Part shown: piece by piece, positions 1-12,725 of the stretch
Position numbering within the stretch: position 1 is the first letter of the stretch
Layout: each line of letters begins with the position of its first letter
NCBI RefSeq assembly: GCF_022846255.1
Contig: NZ_AP025682.1
DNA from: Escherichia coli
Lineage (GTDB): Bacteria; Pseudomonadota; Gammaproteobacteria; Enterobacterales; Enterobacteriaceae
Reading direction: 5' to 3' (one strand)
Length of the DNA: 64,000 nucleotides
Made by a program: the position numbers and the translations under genes
The notes under the pieces: generated by a model
What the model saw: the letters and a program-made list of their open reading frames with translations, nothing else
What the model was told of the DNA's origin: nothing
The model's database searches: none

Positions 1-1
1 C

Positions 2-652
2 GACTGGATGCCGAAACGTCTGGCGTCTTACGAGAAAGCGGCGCTGCAAAATACCATTCTGAAAGGTCGTTCCCAGGGCGTTGCCGCCTATGGCGCGAAA
101 GAGGCACTGGAGTGGGGCACCACTGGCGCGGGCCTGCGTGCTACCGGGATCGACTTCGACGTGCGTAAGGCGCGTCCGTATTCTGGCTATGAAAACTTCG
201 ACTTTGAAATCCCGGTGGGTGGTGGTGTTTCTGACTGCTACACCCGCGTAATGCTGAAAGTGGAAGAGCTGCGCCAGAGTCTGCGCATTCTTGAGCAGTG
301 CCTCAACAACATGCCGGAAGGCCCGTTCAAAGCGGATCATCCGCTGACTACGCCGCCGCCGAAAGAGCGCACGTTGCAACATATCGAAACCCTGATCACC
401 CACTTCCTGCAAGTGTCGTGGGGGCCGGTGATGCCAGCCAATGAATCTTTCCAGATGATTGAGGCGACCAAGGGGATCAACAGTTACTACCTGACCAGCG
501 ACGGTAGCACCATGAGTTATCGCACCCGTATCCGTACGCCGAGTTATGCGCATTTGCAGCAAATTCCGGCGGCGATCCGCGGCAGCCTGGTGTCTGACCT
601 GATTGTTTATCTGGGCAGTATCGATTTTGTTATGTCAGATGTGGACCGCTAA
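2..652 (+). CDS. nuoC: NADH-quinone oxidoreductase subunit C/D (fused NuoCD), C-terminal part; 5' end lies outside the window
   Basis: ORF 8..652 is open back to the window edge; translation ends ...[20 protein letters not shown] as I recall for NuoD; followed by nuoE-N in canonical order. Confidence 0.9.
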
Positions 653-654
653 TT

Positions 655-1155
655 ATGCACGAGAATCAACAACCACAAACCGAGGCTTTTGAGCTGAGTG
701 CGGCAGAGCGTGAAGCGATTGAGCACGAGATGCACCACTACGAAGACCCGCGTGCGGCGTCCATTGAAGCGCTGAAAATCGTTCAGAAGCAGCGTGGCTG
801 GGTGCCGGATGGCGCGATCCACGCGATCGCCGATGTGCTGGGTATTCCGGCGAGCGACGTCGAAGGCGTGGCAACGTTCTACAGCCAGATCTTCCGCCAG
901 CCGGTTGGCCGCCATGTGATCCGTTATTGCGACAGCGTGGTCTGTCATATCAACGGTTATCAGGGTATTCAGGCGGCGCTCGAGAAAAAGCTGAACATCA
1001 AACCAGGGCAAACGACATTTGATGGCCGCTTTACGCTGCTGCCAACTTGCTGCCTGGGGAACTGTGATAAAGGGCCAAACATGATGATCGATGAGGACAC
1101 TCACGCGCATCTGACCCCGGAAGCGATCCCTGAACTGCTGGAGCGGTATAAATGA
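655..1155 (+). CDS. nuoE: NADH-quinone oxidoreductase subunit E (2Fe-2S)
   Basis: 166 aa ORF with Cys motifs (CDSVVC, CCLGNC); position in nuo operon; stop overlaps nuoF start (ATGA). Confidence 0.93.
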
Positions 1156-2489
1156 AAAACATTATCCGTACTCCCGAAACGCATCCGCTGACCTGGCGTC
1201 TGCGCGATGACAAACAGCCAGTGTGGCTGGACGAATACCGCAGCAAAAACGGTTACGAAGGGGCGCGTAAGGCGCTGACCGGGTTGTCTCCGGACGAAAT
1301 CGTTAATCAGGTAAAAGACTCTGGTCTGAAAGGGCGCGGTGGCGCAGGCTTCTCGACTGGTCTGAAGTGGAGCCTGATGCCGAAAGACGAATCCATGAAT
1401 ATCCGTTACCTACTGTGTAACGCCGATGAAATGGAGCCGGGCACCTATAAAGACCGTCTGCTGATGGAGCAACTGCCGCACCTGCTGGTGGAAGGCATGC
1501 TCATCTCCGCGTTTGCGCTGAAAGCTTACCGTGGCTATATCTTCCTGCGCGGCGAATATATCGAAGCGGCAGTGAATCTGCGTCGTGCCATTGCCGAAGC
1601 CACCGAAGCGGGTCTGCTTGGCAAAAACATTATGGGAACAGGTTTTGATTTCGAACTGTTCGTCCATACCGGGGCAGGGCGCTACATCTGCGGTGAAGAA
1701 ACGGCGTTAATTAACTCCCTGGAAGGGCGCCGCGCTAACCCGCGCTCGAAGCCGCCATTCCCGGCAACCTCCGGTGCATGGGGTAAACCAACCTGCGTTA
1801 ACAACGTCGAAACCCTGTGTAACGTTCCGGCGATCCTCGCTAACGGCGTGGAGTGGTATCAGAACATCTCGAAAAGTAAAGATGCTGGCACCAAGCTGAT
1901 GGGCTTCTCTGGTCGGGTGAAAAATCCGGGTCTGTGGGAACTGCCGTTCGGCACCACCGCACGCGAGATCCTCGAAGACTACGCCGGTGGTATGCGTGAC
2001 GGTCTGAAATTCAAAGCCTGGCAGCCAGGCGGCGCGGGGACTGACTTCCTGACCGAAGCGCACCTTGACCTGCCGATGGAATTCGAAAGTATCGGTAAAG
2101 CGGGAAGCCGTCTGGGTACGGCGCTGGCGATGGCGGTTGACCATGAGATCAACATGGTGTCGCTGGTGCGTAACCTGGAAGAGTTTTTCGCCCGTGAGTC
2201 CTGCGGCTGGTGTACGCCATGCCGCGACGGTCTGCCGTGGAGCGTGAAAATTCTGCGTGCGCTGGAGCGTGGCGAAGGCCAGCCGGGCGATATCGAAACA
2301 CTTGAGCAACTGTGTCGATTCTTAGGCCCGGGTAAAACTTTCTGTGCCCACGCACCTGGTGCAGTGGAGCCGTTACAGAGCGCCATCAAATATTTCCGCG
2401 AAGAATTTGAGGCGGGAATCAAACAGCCGTTCAGCAATACCCATTTGATTAATGGGATTCAGCCGAACCTGCTGAAAGAGCGCTGGTAA
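1152..2489 (+). CDS. nuoF: NADH-quinone oxidoreductase subunit F (NADH/FMN binding, 4Fe-4S)
   Basis: 445 aa ORF, GxGxxG-type motifs ([10 protein letters not shown]), [10 protein letters not shown] cluster motif. Confidence 0.93.
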   Translation: MKNIIRTPETHPLTWRLRDDKQPVWLDEYRSKNGYEGARKALTGLSPDEIVNQVKDSGLKGRGGAGFSTGLKWSLMPKDESMNIRYLLCNADEMEPGTYKDRLLMEQLPHLLVEGMLISAFALKAYRGYIFLRGEYIEAAVNLRRAIAEATEAGLLGKNIMGTGFDFELFVHTGAGRYICGEETALINSLEGRRANPRSKPPFPATSGAWGKPTCVNNVETLCNVPAILANGVEWYQNISKSKDAGTKLMGFSGRVKNPGLWELPFGTTAREILEDYAGGMRDGLKFKAWQPGGAGTDFLTEAHLDLPMEFESIGKAGSRLGTALAMAVDHEINMVSLVRNLEEFFARESCGWCTPCRDGLPWSVKILRALERGEGQPGDIETLEQLCRFLGPGKTFCAHAPGAVEPLQSAIKYFREEFEAGIKQPFSNTHLINGIQPNLLKERW

Positions 2490-2541
2490 CCGAATTTCGA
2501 TTAACGCTCAGTCTCTGACTGAGAAAACTGGAAGCATGCTA

Positions 2542-5268
2542 ATGGCTACAATTCATGTAGACGGCAAAGAATACGAGGTCAACGGAGCGGACAACCTGCT
2601 GGAAGCTTGTCTGTCTCTGGGCCTTGATATTCCTTACTTTTGCTGGCATCCGGCGCTGGGAAGCGTCGGTGCTTGCCGCCAGTGTGCGGTGAAGCAATAC
2701 CAAAACGCGGAAGACACGCGTGGTCGCCTGGTGATGTCCTGTATGACACCGGCTTCCGATGGCACCTTTATTTCCATTGACGACGAAGAAGCGAAACAGT
2801 TCCGTGAAAGCGTGGTCGAGTGGTTAATGACCAACCACCCGCACGACTGTCCGGTATGTGAAGAGGGCGGTAACTGCCATCTTCAGGATATGACGGTGAT
2901 GACCGGACACAGCTTCCGTCGCTACCGTTTCACCAAACGTACCCACCGTAATCAGGATTTGGGGCCATTCATCTCTCACGAAATGAACCGCTGCATCGCC
3001 TGCTACCGCTGCGTGCGTTACTACAAAGATTACGCTGACGGCACGGATCTGGGCGTTTACGGTGCGCACGACAACGTCTACTTCGGTCGCCCGGAAGACG
3101 GTACGCTGGAAAGCGAATTTTCCGGTAACCTGGTCGAAATTTGCCCGACCGGCGTATTCACCGACAAAACGCACTCCGAGCGTTACAACCGTAAATGGGA
3201 TATGCAGTTTGCGCCGAGCATCTGCCAGCAATGTTCCATCGGCTGTAACATCAGCCCCGGCGAGCGTTATGGCGAACTGCGTCGAATCGAAAACCGTTAC
3301 AACGGTACAGTAAACCACTACTTCCTCTGCGACCGTGGTCGTTTCGGTTACGGTTACGTCAACCTGAAAGATCGTCCGCGTCAGCCAGTACAGCGTCGTG
3401 GCGATGATTTCATTACCCTCAATGCCGAACAGGCAATGCAGGGCGCAGCAGATATTCTGCGTCAGTCGAAGAAAGTGATCGGTATTGGTTCTCCGCGTGC
3501 CAGCGTGGAAAGCAACTTTGCGCTGCGTGAGCTGGTGGGCGAAGAAAACTTCTACACCGGTATCGCTCACGGTGAGCAGGAACGTCTGCAACTGGCGCTG
3601 AAAGTGCTGCGTGAAGGCGGCATTTATACGCCGGCACTGCGCGAAATCGAATCTTACGATGCGGTACTGGTGCTGGGCGAAGACGTTACCCAGACCGGTG
3701 CGCGCGTCGCGCTGGCAGTGCGTCAGGCGGTGAAAGGTAAAGCGCGCGAAATGGCGGCAGCACAGAAAGTGGCTGACTGGCAGATTGCGGCAATCCTCAA
3801 CATCGGTCAACGTGCGAAGCATCCGCTGTTTGTTACCAACGTTGATGACACCCGTCTGGATGATATCGCGGCGTGGACTTACCGCGCACCGGTTGAAGAT
3901 CAGGCGCGTTTAGGTTTTGCCATCGCCCATGCGCTGGATAACTCCGCGCCAGCGGTTGACGGGATCGAACCTGAGCTGCAAAGCAAAATCGACGTCATCG
4001 TGCAGGCACTGGCTGGTGCGAAGAAACCGTTGATTATCTCCGGGACGAACGCTGGTAGCGCTGAAGTGATTCAGGCTGCGGCTAACGTGGCGAAAGCCCT
4101 GAAAGGTCGCGGCGCTGACGTCGGTATCACCATGATTGCCCGTTCCGTCAACAGCATGGGGCTGGGCATTATGGGCGGTGGATCGCTTGAAGAAGCGTTA
4201 ACCGAACTGGAAACCGGACGCGCCGACGCGGTGGTGGTGCTGGAAAACGATCTGCATCGTCACGCTTCCGCTACCCGCGTGAATGCTGCGCTGGCTAAAG
4301 CGCCGCTGGTGATGGTGGTTGACCATCAACGCACAGCGATTATGGAAAACGCTCATCTGGTACTTTCCGCCGCCAGCTTTGCTGAAAGCGACGGTACGGT
4401 GATCAACAACGAAGGCCGCGCCCAACGTTTCTTCCAGGTTTACGATCCGGCTTATTACGACAGCCAAACTGTCATGCTGGAAAGCTGGCGCTGGCTGCAC
4501 TCGCTGCATAGCACCCTGCTGAGCCGTGAAGTGGACTGGACGCAGCTCGACCACGTGATTGACGCTGTTGTGGCGAAAATCCCGGAACTGGCAGGTATCA
4601 AAGATGCTGCGCCGGATGCGACATTCCGTATTCGTGGGCAGAAACTGGCCCGTGAACCGCATCGCTATAGTGGTCGTACCGCCATGCGCGCCAATATCAG
4701 CGTTCATGAGCCGCGTCAGCCGCAGGATATTGACACCATGTTCACCTTCTCGATGGAAGGTAACAACCAGCCGACCGCGCACCGTTCGCAAGTGCCGTTT
4801 GCCTGGGCACCAGGCTGGAACTCCCCGCAGGCGTGGAACAAATTCCAGGACGAAGTGGGCGGCAAACTGCGTTTTGGCGATCCGGGCGTGCGTCTGTTTG
4901 AAACCAGCGAAAACGGTCTGGATTACTTCACCAGCGTACCGGCACGCTTCCAGCCGCAGGACGGGAAATGGCGTATCGCGCCGTACTACCACCTGTTTGG
5001 CAGCGATGAATTGTCACAGCGTGCTCCGGTCTTCCAGAGCCGTATGCCGCAGCCGTACATCAAACTCAACCCAGCGGATGCCGCGAAGTTGGGTGTGAAC
5101 GCAGGTACACGCGTCTCCTTTAGTTACGATGGCAACACGGTCACGCTGCCGGTTGAAATCGCCGAAGGGCTGACAGCAGGGCAGGTGGGCTTGCCGATGG
5201 GTATGTCCGGCATTGCTCCGGTGCTGGCTGGCGCGCATCTTGAGGATCTCAAGGAGGCACAACAATGA
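2542..5268 (+). CDS. nuoG: NADH-quinone oxidoreductase subunit G
   Basis: ORF 2536..5268; second in-frame ATG at 2542 gives [13 protein letters not shown] and 908 aa; N-terminal ferredoxin-like Cys motifs; molybdopterin-oxidoreductase-like C-terminus. Confidence 0.92.
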   Translation: MATIHVDGKEYEVNGADNLLEACLSLGLDIPYFCWHPALGSVGACRQCAVKQYQNAEDTRGRLVMSCMTPASDGTFISIDDEEAKQFRESVVEWLMTNHPHDCPVCEEGGNCHLQDMTVMTGHSFRRYRFTKRTHRNQDLGPFISHEMNRCIACYRCVRYYKDYADGTDLGVYGAHDNVYFGRPEDGTLESEFSGNLVEICPTGVFTDKTHSERYNRKWDMQFAPSICQQCSIGCNISPGERYGELRRIENRYNGTVNHYFLCDRGRFGYGYVNLKDRPRQPVQRRGDDFITLNAEQAMQGAADILRQSKKVIGIGSPRASVESNFALRELVGEENFYTGIAHGEQERLQLALKVLREGGIYTPALREIESYDAVLVLGEDVTQTGARVALAVRQAVKGKAREMAAAQKVADWQIAAILNIGQRAKHPLFVTNVDDTRLDDIAAWTYRAPVEDQARLGFAIAHALDNSAPAVDGIEPELQSKIDVIVQALAGAKKPLIISGTNAGSAEVIQAAANVAKALKGRGADVGITMIARSVNSMGLGIMGGGSLEEALTELETGRADAVVVLENDLHRHASATRVNAALAKAPLVMVVDHQRTAIMENAHLVLSAASFAESDGTVINNEGRAQRFFQVYDPAYYDSQTVMLESWRWLHSLHSTLLSREVDWTQLDHVIDAVVAKIPELAGIKDAAPDATFRIRGQKLAREPHRYSGRTAMRANISVHEPRQPQDIDTMFTFSMEGNNQPTAHRSQVPFAWAPGWNSPQAWNKFQDEVGGKLRFGDPGVRLFETSENGLDYFTSVPARFQPQDGKWRIAPYYHLFGSDELSQRAPVFQSRMPQPYIKLNPADAAKLGVNAGTRVSFSYDGNTVTLPVEIAEGLTAGQVGLPMGMSGIAPVLAGAHLEDLKEAQQ

Positions 5269-6242
5269 GTTGGATATCACCGGAACTGATTGAGATCCTG
5301 CTGACCGTCCTTAAAGCGGTGGTGATCCTGCTGGTGGTAGTCACCTGTGGGGCATTCATGAGCTTTGGCGAACGTCGCCTGCTGGGTCTGTTCCAGAACC
5401 GTTATGGACCTAACCGTGTTGGCTGGGGCGGTTCGCTCCAGCTGGTTGCGGACATGATCAAAATGTTCTTTAAAGAAGACTGGATCCCGAAATTCTCGGA
5501 TCGCGTCATCTTTACCCTGGCACCGATGATTGCCTTTACCTCGCTGCTGCTGGCCTTTGCAATTGTGCCAGTCAGTCCGGGTTGGGTGGTTGCCGACCTG
5601 AACATCGGGATTTTGTTCTTCCTGATGATGGCAGGTCTGGCGGTTTACGCGGTGCTGTTTGCGGGCTGGTCAAGTAACAACAAATACTCGCTGCTGGGTG
5701 CGATGCGTGCTTCTGCGCAGACCCTGAGCTACGAAGTGTTCCTCGGGCTTTCCCTGATGGGCGTGGTGGCGCAGGCCGGTTCATTCAACATGACCGACAT
5801 CGTCAACAGCCAGGCGCATGTGTGGAACGTCATCCCGCAATTCTTTGGTTTTATTACCTTTGCCATCGCGGGCGTGGCGGTGTGTCACCGTCACCCGTTT
5901 GACCAGCCGGAAGCCGAGCAGGAACTGGCGGATGGTTACCACATTGAATATTCCGGTATGAAGTTCGGTCTGTTCTTCGTGGGCGAATACATCGGGATTG
6001 TGACCATCTCTGCACTGATGGTGACGCTGTTCTTCGGTGGCTGGCAAGGCCCGTTGTTACCGCCATTCATCTGGTTCGCGCTGAAAACCGCGTTCTTTAT
6101 GATGATGTTCATTTTGATTCGTGCGTCGTTACCGCGTCCGCGTTATGACCAGGTAATGTCCTTCGGCTGGAAAATCTGCCTGCCGCTGACGCTGATCAAC
6201 TTGCTGGTAACGGCGGCTGTCATTCTCTGGCAGGCGCAATAA
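5265..6242 (+). CDS. nuoH: NADH-quinone oxidoreductase subunit H (membrane)
   Basis: 325 aa hydrophobic ORF overlapping nuoG stop; operon position. Confidence 0.92.
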
Positions 6243-6256
6243 GGGGCAATAAGACC

Positions 6257-6799
6257 ATGACCTTAAAAGAATTGTTAGTAGGTTTCGGCACCCAGGTTCG
6301 TAGTATCTGGATGATCGGCCTGCACGCGTTCGCCAAACGCGAAACGCGAATGTACCCGGAAGAGCCGGTCTATCTGCCGCCCCGTTATCGTGGTCGTATC
6401 GTTCTGACCCGCGATCCGGACGGCGAAGAGCGTTGCGTAGCCTGTAACCTCTGCGCGGTAGCCTGCCCGGTCGGCTGTATCTCGCTGCAAAAAGCAGAAA
6501 CCAAAGACGGTCGCTGGTATCCGGAATTTTTCCGCATCAACTTCTCACGCTGCATTTTCTGTGGTCTGTGCGAAGAAGCCTGTCCGACCACGGCGATTCA
6601 GTTAACCCCGGATTTCGAAATGGGGGAATACAAGCGCCAGGATCTGGTTTACGAGAAAGAGGATCTGCTGATCTCCGGTCCGGGCAAATACCCGGAATAT
6701 AACTTCTACCGGATGGCAGGTATGGCAATCGACGGCAAAGATAAGGGCGAAGCAGAGAACGAAGCCAAGCCTATCGACGTCAAGAGCCTGTTACCGTAA
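6257..6799 (+). CDS. nuoI: NADH-quinone oxidoreductase subunit I (2x4Fe-4S ferredoxin)
   Basis: 180 aa ORF with two CxxCxxCxxxCP motifs ([24 protein letters not shown]). Confidence 0.93.
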
Positions 6800-6810
6800 G
6801 GAGAGGGGCA

Positions 6811-7365
6811 ATGGAGTTCGCTTTTTATATCTGTGGCCTGATAGCCATACTTGCGACCTTGCGAGTGATCACCCATACCAATCCGGTACACGCGCTGCTG
6901 TACCTGATTATTTCGCTGCTGGCGATCTCTGGGGTGTTCTTCTCACTGGGCGCTTACTTCGCCGGTGCGCTGGAAATTATCGTCTATGCGGGTGCCATTA
7001 TGGTGCTGTTCGTGTTCGTGGTGATGATGCTCAACCTGGGCGGTTCAGAAATCGAACAGGAACGCCAGTGGCTGAAACCGCAGGTGTGGATTGGTCCGGC
7101 AATTTTGTCAGCCATCATGCTGGTGGTGATTGTTTACGCCATTCTCGGTGTTAACGATCAAGGTATCGACGGTACGCCAATCAGTGCTAAAGCAGTGGGT
7201 ATTACGCTGTTCGGGCCTTACGTACTGGCGGTGGAACTGGCTTCTATGCTGCTGCTCGCGGGTCTGGTTGTGGCCTTCCACGTCGGTCGTGAAGAGCGTG
7301 CGGGTGAAGTGCTGAGCAATCGTAAAGACGACAGCGCGAAAAGAAAAACGGAGGAGCACGCATGA
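6811..7365 (+). CDS. nuoJ: NADH-quinone oxidoreductase subunit J
   Basis: 184 aa hydrophobic ORF; operon position. Confidence 0.9.
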
Positions 7366-7664
7366 TCCCCTTACAACATGGACTGATCCTCGCGGCAATC
7401 TTATTCGTTCTTGGCTTAACCGGTCTGGTTATCCGTCGCAATCTGCTGTTTATGCTGATTGGTCTGGAAATCATGATTAACGCCTCCGCGCTGGCCTTTG
7501 TGGTCGCCGGAAGCTACTGGGGCCAGACCGACGGTCAGGTGATGTACATTCTCGCCATCAGCCTCGCGGCGGCGGAAGCGAGTATCGGCCTTGCGCTGCT
7601 GCTGCAACTTCACCGTCGTCGCCAGAACCTGAACATCGATTCAGTAAGTGAGATGCGCGGATGA
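7362..7664 (+). CDS. nuoK: NADH-quinone oxidoreductase subunit K
   Basis: 100 aa hydrophobic ORF, overlapping starts/stops with nuoJ and nuoL. Confidence 0.9.
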
Positions 7665-9502
7665 ACATGCTTGCCTTAACCATTATTTTGCCATTGATTG
7701 GCTTCGTCCTGCTGGCGTTCTCCCGTGGGCGCTGGTCTGAAAACGTCTCGGCGATCGTCGGCGTTGGCTCTGTGGGCCTGGCGGCGCTGGTAACTGCCTT
7801 TATCGGCGTTGACTTCTTCGCTAACGGTGAGCAGGCATACAGCCAGCCGCTGTGGACGTGGATGTCGGTAGGCGACTTTAACATCGGTTTTAACCTGGTG
7901 CTGGACGGCCTGTCGCTGACCATGCTCTCGGTGGTCACTGGTGTGGGTTTCCTTATTCACATGTACGCCTCCTGGTATATGCGCGGTGAAGAGGGCTACT
8001 CTCGCTTCTTCGCTTACACCAACCTGTTCATCGCCAGCATGGTAGTTCTGGTGCTTGCCGACAACCTGCTGCTGATGTACCTCGGCTGGGAAGGCGTGGG
8101 CCTGTGCTCCTATCTGCTGATCGGTTTCTATTACACCGATCCGAAGAATGGCGCAGCGGCAATGAAAGCGTTCGTCGTGACCCGTGTGGGTGACGTGTTC
8201 CTCGCTTTCGCGCTGTTCATTCTTTACAACGAACTGGGCACCCTGAACTTCCGCGAAATGGTGGAACTGGCACCAGCGCACTTTGCTGACGGCAATAACA
8301 TGCTGATGTGGGCGACGCTGATGCTGCTGGGCGGTGCGGTCGGTAAATCTGCGCAGTTGCCGTTGCAGACATGGCTTGCCGACGCGATGGCGGGCCCGAC
8401 GCCTGTCTCCGCGCTGATCCACGCTGCAACAATGGTAACCGCGGGTGTCTACCTGATCGCCCGTACCCACGGCCTGTTCCTGATGACGCCGGAAGTTCTG
8501 CATCTGGTGGGCATTGTTGGGGCGGTTACGCTGCTGCTGGCCGGTTTTGCGGCGCTGGTACAGACCGACATCAAACGTGTTCTCGCTTACTCTACCATGA
8601 GCCAGATTGGCTACATGTTCCTCGCGCTTGGCGTGCAGGCATGGGATGCGGCGATTTTCCACTTGATGACCCACGCGTTCTTTAAAGCGCTGCTGTTCCT
8701 GGCATCCGGTTCCGTCATTCTGGCCTGCCATCACGAACAGAACATCTTTAAGATGGGTGGTCTGCGTAAATCTATTCCGCTGGTTTATCTCTGCTTCCTG
8801 GTGGGCGGCGCAGCACTGTCGGCACTGCCGCTGGTCACTGCGGGCTTCTTCAGTAAGGATGAGATCCTCGCGGGTGCGATGGCGAATGGACATATCAATC
8901 TGATGGTGGCAGGTCTGGTCGGTGCGTTTATGACCTCGCTTTACACCTTCCGTATGATTTTCATCGTCTTCCACGGAAAAGAACAAATTCACGCTCACGC
9001 CGTGAAAGGGGTAACTCACAGCCTGCCGCTGATTGTGCTGCTGATCCTTTCCACCTTCGTTGGCGCACTGATTGTACCGCCGCTGCAGGGCGTGCTTCCG
9101 CAAACGACGGAACTGGCGCACGGCAGCATGTTGACCCTGGAAATTACCTCTGGCGTGGTCGCGGTGGTCGGCATTCTGCTGGCTGCCTGGCTATGGCTGG
9201 GTAAACGTACTCTGGTGACCTCCATCGCCAACAGTGCGCCGGGCCGTCTGCTGGGTACCTGGTGGTACAACGCCTGGGGCTTTGACTGGCTGTACGACAA
9301 AGTGTTCGTCAAGCCGTTCCTGGGTATTGCCTGGTTGCTGAAACGCGATCCGCTGAACTCAATGATGAACATCCCGGCTGTCCTTTCCCGCTTTGCAGGT
9401 AAAGGTCTGCTGTTAAGCGAGAACGGTTATCTGCGCTGGTATGTGGCATCCATGAGCATCGGTGCGGTCGTGGTGCTGGCACTGTTGATGGTACTGCGTT
9501 GA
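7661..9502 (+). CDS. nuoL: NADH-quinone oxidoreductase subunit L (antiporter-like)
   Basis: 613 aa polytopic membrane ORF; operon position. Confidence 0.92.
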
Positions 9503-9540
9503 GTTAAGGATTGTGGGATTGCCCCTGGGCATATAAGAAC

Positions 9541-9578
9541 GTAGGTCGGATAAGCCGTCTTCGCGGCGCATCCGACAC
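9541..9578. repeat. REP (repetitive extragenic palindromic) element in nuoL-nuoM spacer
   Basis: gtaggtcggataagccgtcttcgcggcgcatccgac; reverse complement resembles the GCCGGATGCGGCG...CTTATCCGGCCTAC palindromic unit family. Confidence 0.7.
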
Positions 9579-9665
9579 TACCCCCAGTCCGAAGAGAATT
9601 TTCTGTCGTGAGAATTCGTTGAAAATCCGGTCCTGACGGGACTTTTACAAGGAATAAAGATCGCC

Positions 9666-11195
9666 ATGTTACTACCCTGGCTAATATTAATTCCCTTTAT
9701 CGGCGGCTTCCTGTGCTGGCAGACCGAACGCTTTGGCGTCAAGGTGCCGCGCTGGATCGCGCTGGTAACCATGGGATTGACGCTGGCGCTGTCGCTGCAA
9801 CTGTGGTTGCAGGGCGGTTATTCACTGACGCAATCCGCCGGAATTCCGCAGTGGCAGTCTGAATTCGACATGCCGTGGATCCCGCGTTTTGGTATCTCTA
9901 TCCATCTCGCCATTGACGGTCTGTCGTTGCTGATGGTCGTGCTGACCGGTCTGCTCGGTGTGCTGGCGGTACTCTGTTCGTGGAAAGAGATCGAAAAATA
10001 CCAGGGCTTCTTCCACCTCAACCTGATGTGGATCCTGGGCGGCGTTATCGGCGTGTTCCTTGCCATCGACATGTTCCTGTTCTTCTTCTTCTGGGAAATG
10101 ATGCTGGTGCCGATGTACTTCCTGATCGCACTGTGGGGGCATAAAGCCTCTGACGGTAAAACGCGTATCACGGCGGCAACCAAGTTCTTCATTTACACCC
10201 AGGCGAGTGGTCTGGTGATGTTGATCGCCATCCTGGCGCTGGTTTTCGTTCACTACAATGCGACCGGCGTCTGGACCTTCAACTATGAAGAGCTGCTGAA
10301 TACGCCGATGTCTAACGGCGTGGAATATCTGTTGATGCTGGGCTTCTTCATCGCCTTCGCGGTGAAAATGCCGGTGGTTCCGCTGCATGGCTGGTTACCG
10401 GATGCGCACTCCCAGGCACCGACCGCCGGTTCCGTTGACCTCGCGGGGATCTTGCTGAAAACCGCCGCTTACGGTCTGTTGCGTTTCTCCTTGCCGCTGT
10501 TCCCGAACGCGTCGGCAGAGTTTGCGCCAATCGCTATGTGGCTGGGTGTTATCGGCATCTTCTATGGTGCGTGGATGGCCTTCGCCCAGACCGATATCAA
10601 ACGTCTGATCGCCTACACCTCGGTTTCCCACATGGGCTTCGTGCTGATTGCTATCTACACCGGCAGCCAGTTGGCCTACCAGGGCGCGGTAATCCAGATG
10701 ATTGCGCACGGCTTGTCGGCGGCGGGTCTGTTTATTCTTTGTGGTCAGCTTTATGAACGTATCCATACCCGCGACATGCGCATGATGGGCGGTCTGTGGA
10801 GCAAAATGAAATGGCTGCCAGCACTGTCGCTGTTCTTTGCGGTGGCAACGCTTGGGATGCCTGGCACCGGTAACTTCGTCGGCGAATTTATGATTCTGTT
10901 CGGCAGCTTCCAGGTGGTCCCGGTGATTACCGTTATCTCTACCTTTGGGCTGGTCTTTGCATCTGTTTATTCGCTGGCGATGCTGCATCGCGCTTACTTC
11001 GGCAAAGCGAAAAGCCAGATTGCCAGCCAGGAACTGCCAGGGATGTCGCTGCGTGAGCTGTTTATGATCCTGTTGCTGGTGGTGCTGCTGGTACTGCTGG
11101 GCTTCTATCCGCAGCCGATTCTGGATACCTCGCACTCCGCGATTGGCAATATCCAGCAGTGGTTTGTTAATTCCGTTACTACTACAAGGCCGTAA
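9666..11195 (+). CDS. nuoM: NADH-quinone oxidoreductase subunit M (antiporter-like)
   Basis: 509 aa polytopic membrane ORF; operon position. Confidence 0.92.
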   Translation: MLLPWLILIPFIGGFLCWQTERFGVKVPRWIALVTMGLTLALSLQLWLQGGYSLTQSAGIPQWQSEFDMPWIPRFGISIHLAIDGLSLLMVVLTGLLGVLAVLCSWKEIEKYQGFFHLNLMWILGGVIGVFLAIDMFLFFFFWEMMLVPMYFLIALWGHKASDGKTRITAATKFFIYTQASGLVMLIAILALVFVHYNATGVWTFNYEELLNTPMSNGVEYLLMLGFFIAFAVKMPVVPLHGWLPDAHSQAPTAGSVDLAGILLKTAAYGLLRFSLPLFPNASAEFAPIAMWLGVIGIFYGAWMAFAQTDIKRLIAYTSVSHMGFVLIAIYTGSQLAYQGAVIQMIAHGLSAAGLFILCGQLYERIHTRDMRMMGGLWSKMKWLPALSLFFAVATLGMPGTGNFVGEFMILFGSFQVVPVITVISTFGLVFASVYSLAMLHRAYFGKAKSQIASQELPGMSLRELFMILLLVVLLVLLGFYPQPILDTSHSAIGNIQQWFVNSVTTTRP

Positions 11196-11201
11196 ATCGC
11201 C

Positions 11202-12659
11202 ATGACAATAACTCCACAAAACCTGATCGCACTGCTACCGTTGCTGATCGTCGGCTTGACGGTGGTGGTTGTGATGCTCTCCATTGCGTGGCGACGCAAT
11301 CATTTCCTCAACGCTACGCTCTCGGTTATTGGGCTTAACGCGGCGCTGGTTTCGCTCTGGTTTGTCGGCCAGGCGGGCGCTATGGACGTTACGCCGCTGA
11401 TGCGCGTTGATGGTTTCGCCATGCTTTACACCGGGCTGGTATTGTTGGCGAGCCTCGCCACCTGTACTTTCGCCTACCCGTGGCTTGAAGGCTATAACGA
11501 CAACAAGGATGAGTTCTACCTGTTGGTGTTAATTGCCGCGCTGGGCGGGATCCTGCTGGCGAATGCCAACCATCTGGCGTCTCTGTTCCTCGGTATCGAA
11601 CTGATCTCTTTGCCGCTGTTTGGCCTGGTCGGTTACGCTTTCCGCCAGAAACGTTCGCTGGAAGCCAGTATCAAATACACCATCCTTTCTGCCGCAGCGT
11701 CTTCTTTCCTGCTGTTCGGTATGGCGCTGGTGTATGCGCAGTCTGGCGACCTGTCGTTTGTCGCACTGGGTAAAAACCTCGGCGACGGTATGCTCAACGA
11801 GCCGCTGTTGCTGGCAGGTTTCGGCCTGATGATTGTTGGCCTCGGCTTCAAACTCTCTCTGGTGCCGTTCCACCTGTGGACGCCAGACGTATACCAGGGC
11901 GCGCCTGCGCCGGTTTCCACTTTCCTGGCGACGGCGAGCAAAATCGCTATCTTCGGCGTGGTGATGCGTTTGTTCCTTTACGCACCGGTGGGTGACAGTG
12001 AAGCGATTCGCGTAGTGCTGGCGATTATCGCCTTTGCCTCCATCATCTTCGGTAACCTGATGGCGCTGAGCCAGACCAATATCAAACGTCTGCTCGGTTA
12101 CTCATCTATCTCTCACCTCGGCTATCTGCTGGTGGCGCTGATTGCGCTGCAAACTGGCGAGATGTCGATGGAAGCGGTAGGGGTTTACCTGGCAGGTTAT
12201 CTGTTCAGCAGCCTCGGCGCGTTCGGCGTGGTCAGCCTGATGTCCAGCCCGTATCGTGGCCCGGATGCTGATTCCCTGTTCTCTTACCGCGGTCTGTTCT
12301 GGCATCGTCCGATCCTCGCGGCGGTGATGACGGTGATGATGCTGTCTCTGGCCGGTATCCCGATGACGCTGGGCTTTATCGGTAAGTTCTACGTGCTGGC
12401 GGTCGGTGTCCAGGCACACTTGTGGTGGCTGGTGGGTGCCGTGGTTGTCGGTTCGGCAATCGGCCTCTATTACTACCTGCGCGTGGCGGTGAGCCTGTAT
12501 CTTCACGCCCCGGAACAACCAGGTCGCGATGCACCATCAAACTGGCAGTACAGCGCGGGCGGTATCGTGGTGCTGATCTCTGCACTGTTGGTACTGGTGC
12601 TGGGTGTATGGCCACAACCGCTGATTAGCATTGTGCGGTTAGCAATGCCGCTGATGTAA
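11202..12659 (+). CDS. nuoN: NADH-quinone oxidoreductase subunit N (antiporter-like)
   Basis: 485 aa polytopic membrane ORF; last gene of nuo operon. Confidence 0.92.
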
Positions 12660-12679
12660 ACAGTCAGTTTGTAAGTCAG

Positions 12680-12712
12680 AAAGCCGCCGACATGTTCGGC
12701 GGTTTTTTTTGG
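12680..12712 (+). terminator. Rho-independent terminator after nuoN
   Basis: GC-rich hairpin ccgccga-catgt-tcggcgg followed by a run of eight T. Confidence 0.65.
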
Positions 12713-12725
12713 TGCCCTGACACCA

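Noticed and set aside
8-652. 214-aa ORF as a complete gene starting at ATG 8
   Set aside because: The frame is open to the window edge and the sequence is the C-terminal part of NuoCD; the true start is upstream of the window.
7676-9121. 481-aa ORF on the minus strand antisense to nuoL; similar long antisense ORFs at 2824..3822 (in nuoG), 4198..4992, 20191..21354 (menH/menB), 57634..58605 (gyrA), 45674..46174 (glpT)
   Set aside because: They lie entirely within well-supported genes on the other strand, their translations are low-complexity and R/H/Q-rich with no recognisable motifs, and open antisense frames are expected from the codon bias of GC-rich sense genes.
9541-9578. REP/BIME palindromes (also at 48146..48183, 49603..49716, 56470..56590) as insertion sequences or transposon ends
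   Set aside because: They are short extragenic palindromes typical of enterobacterial chromosomes, with no associated transposase ORF or target-site duplication.
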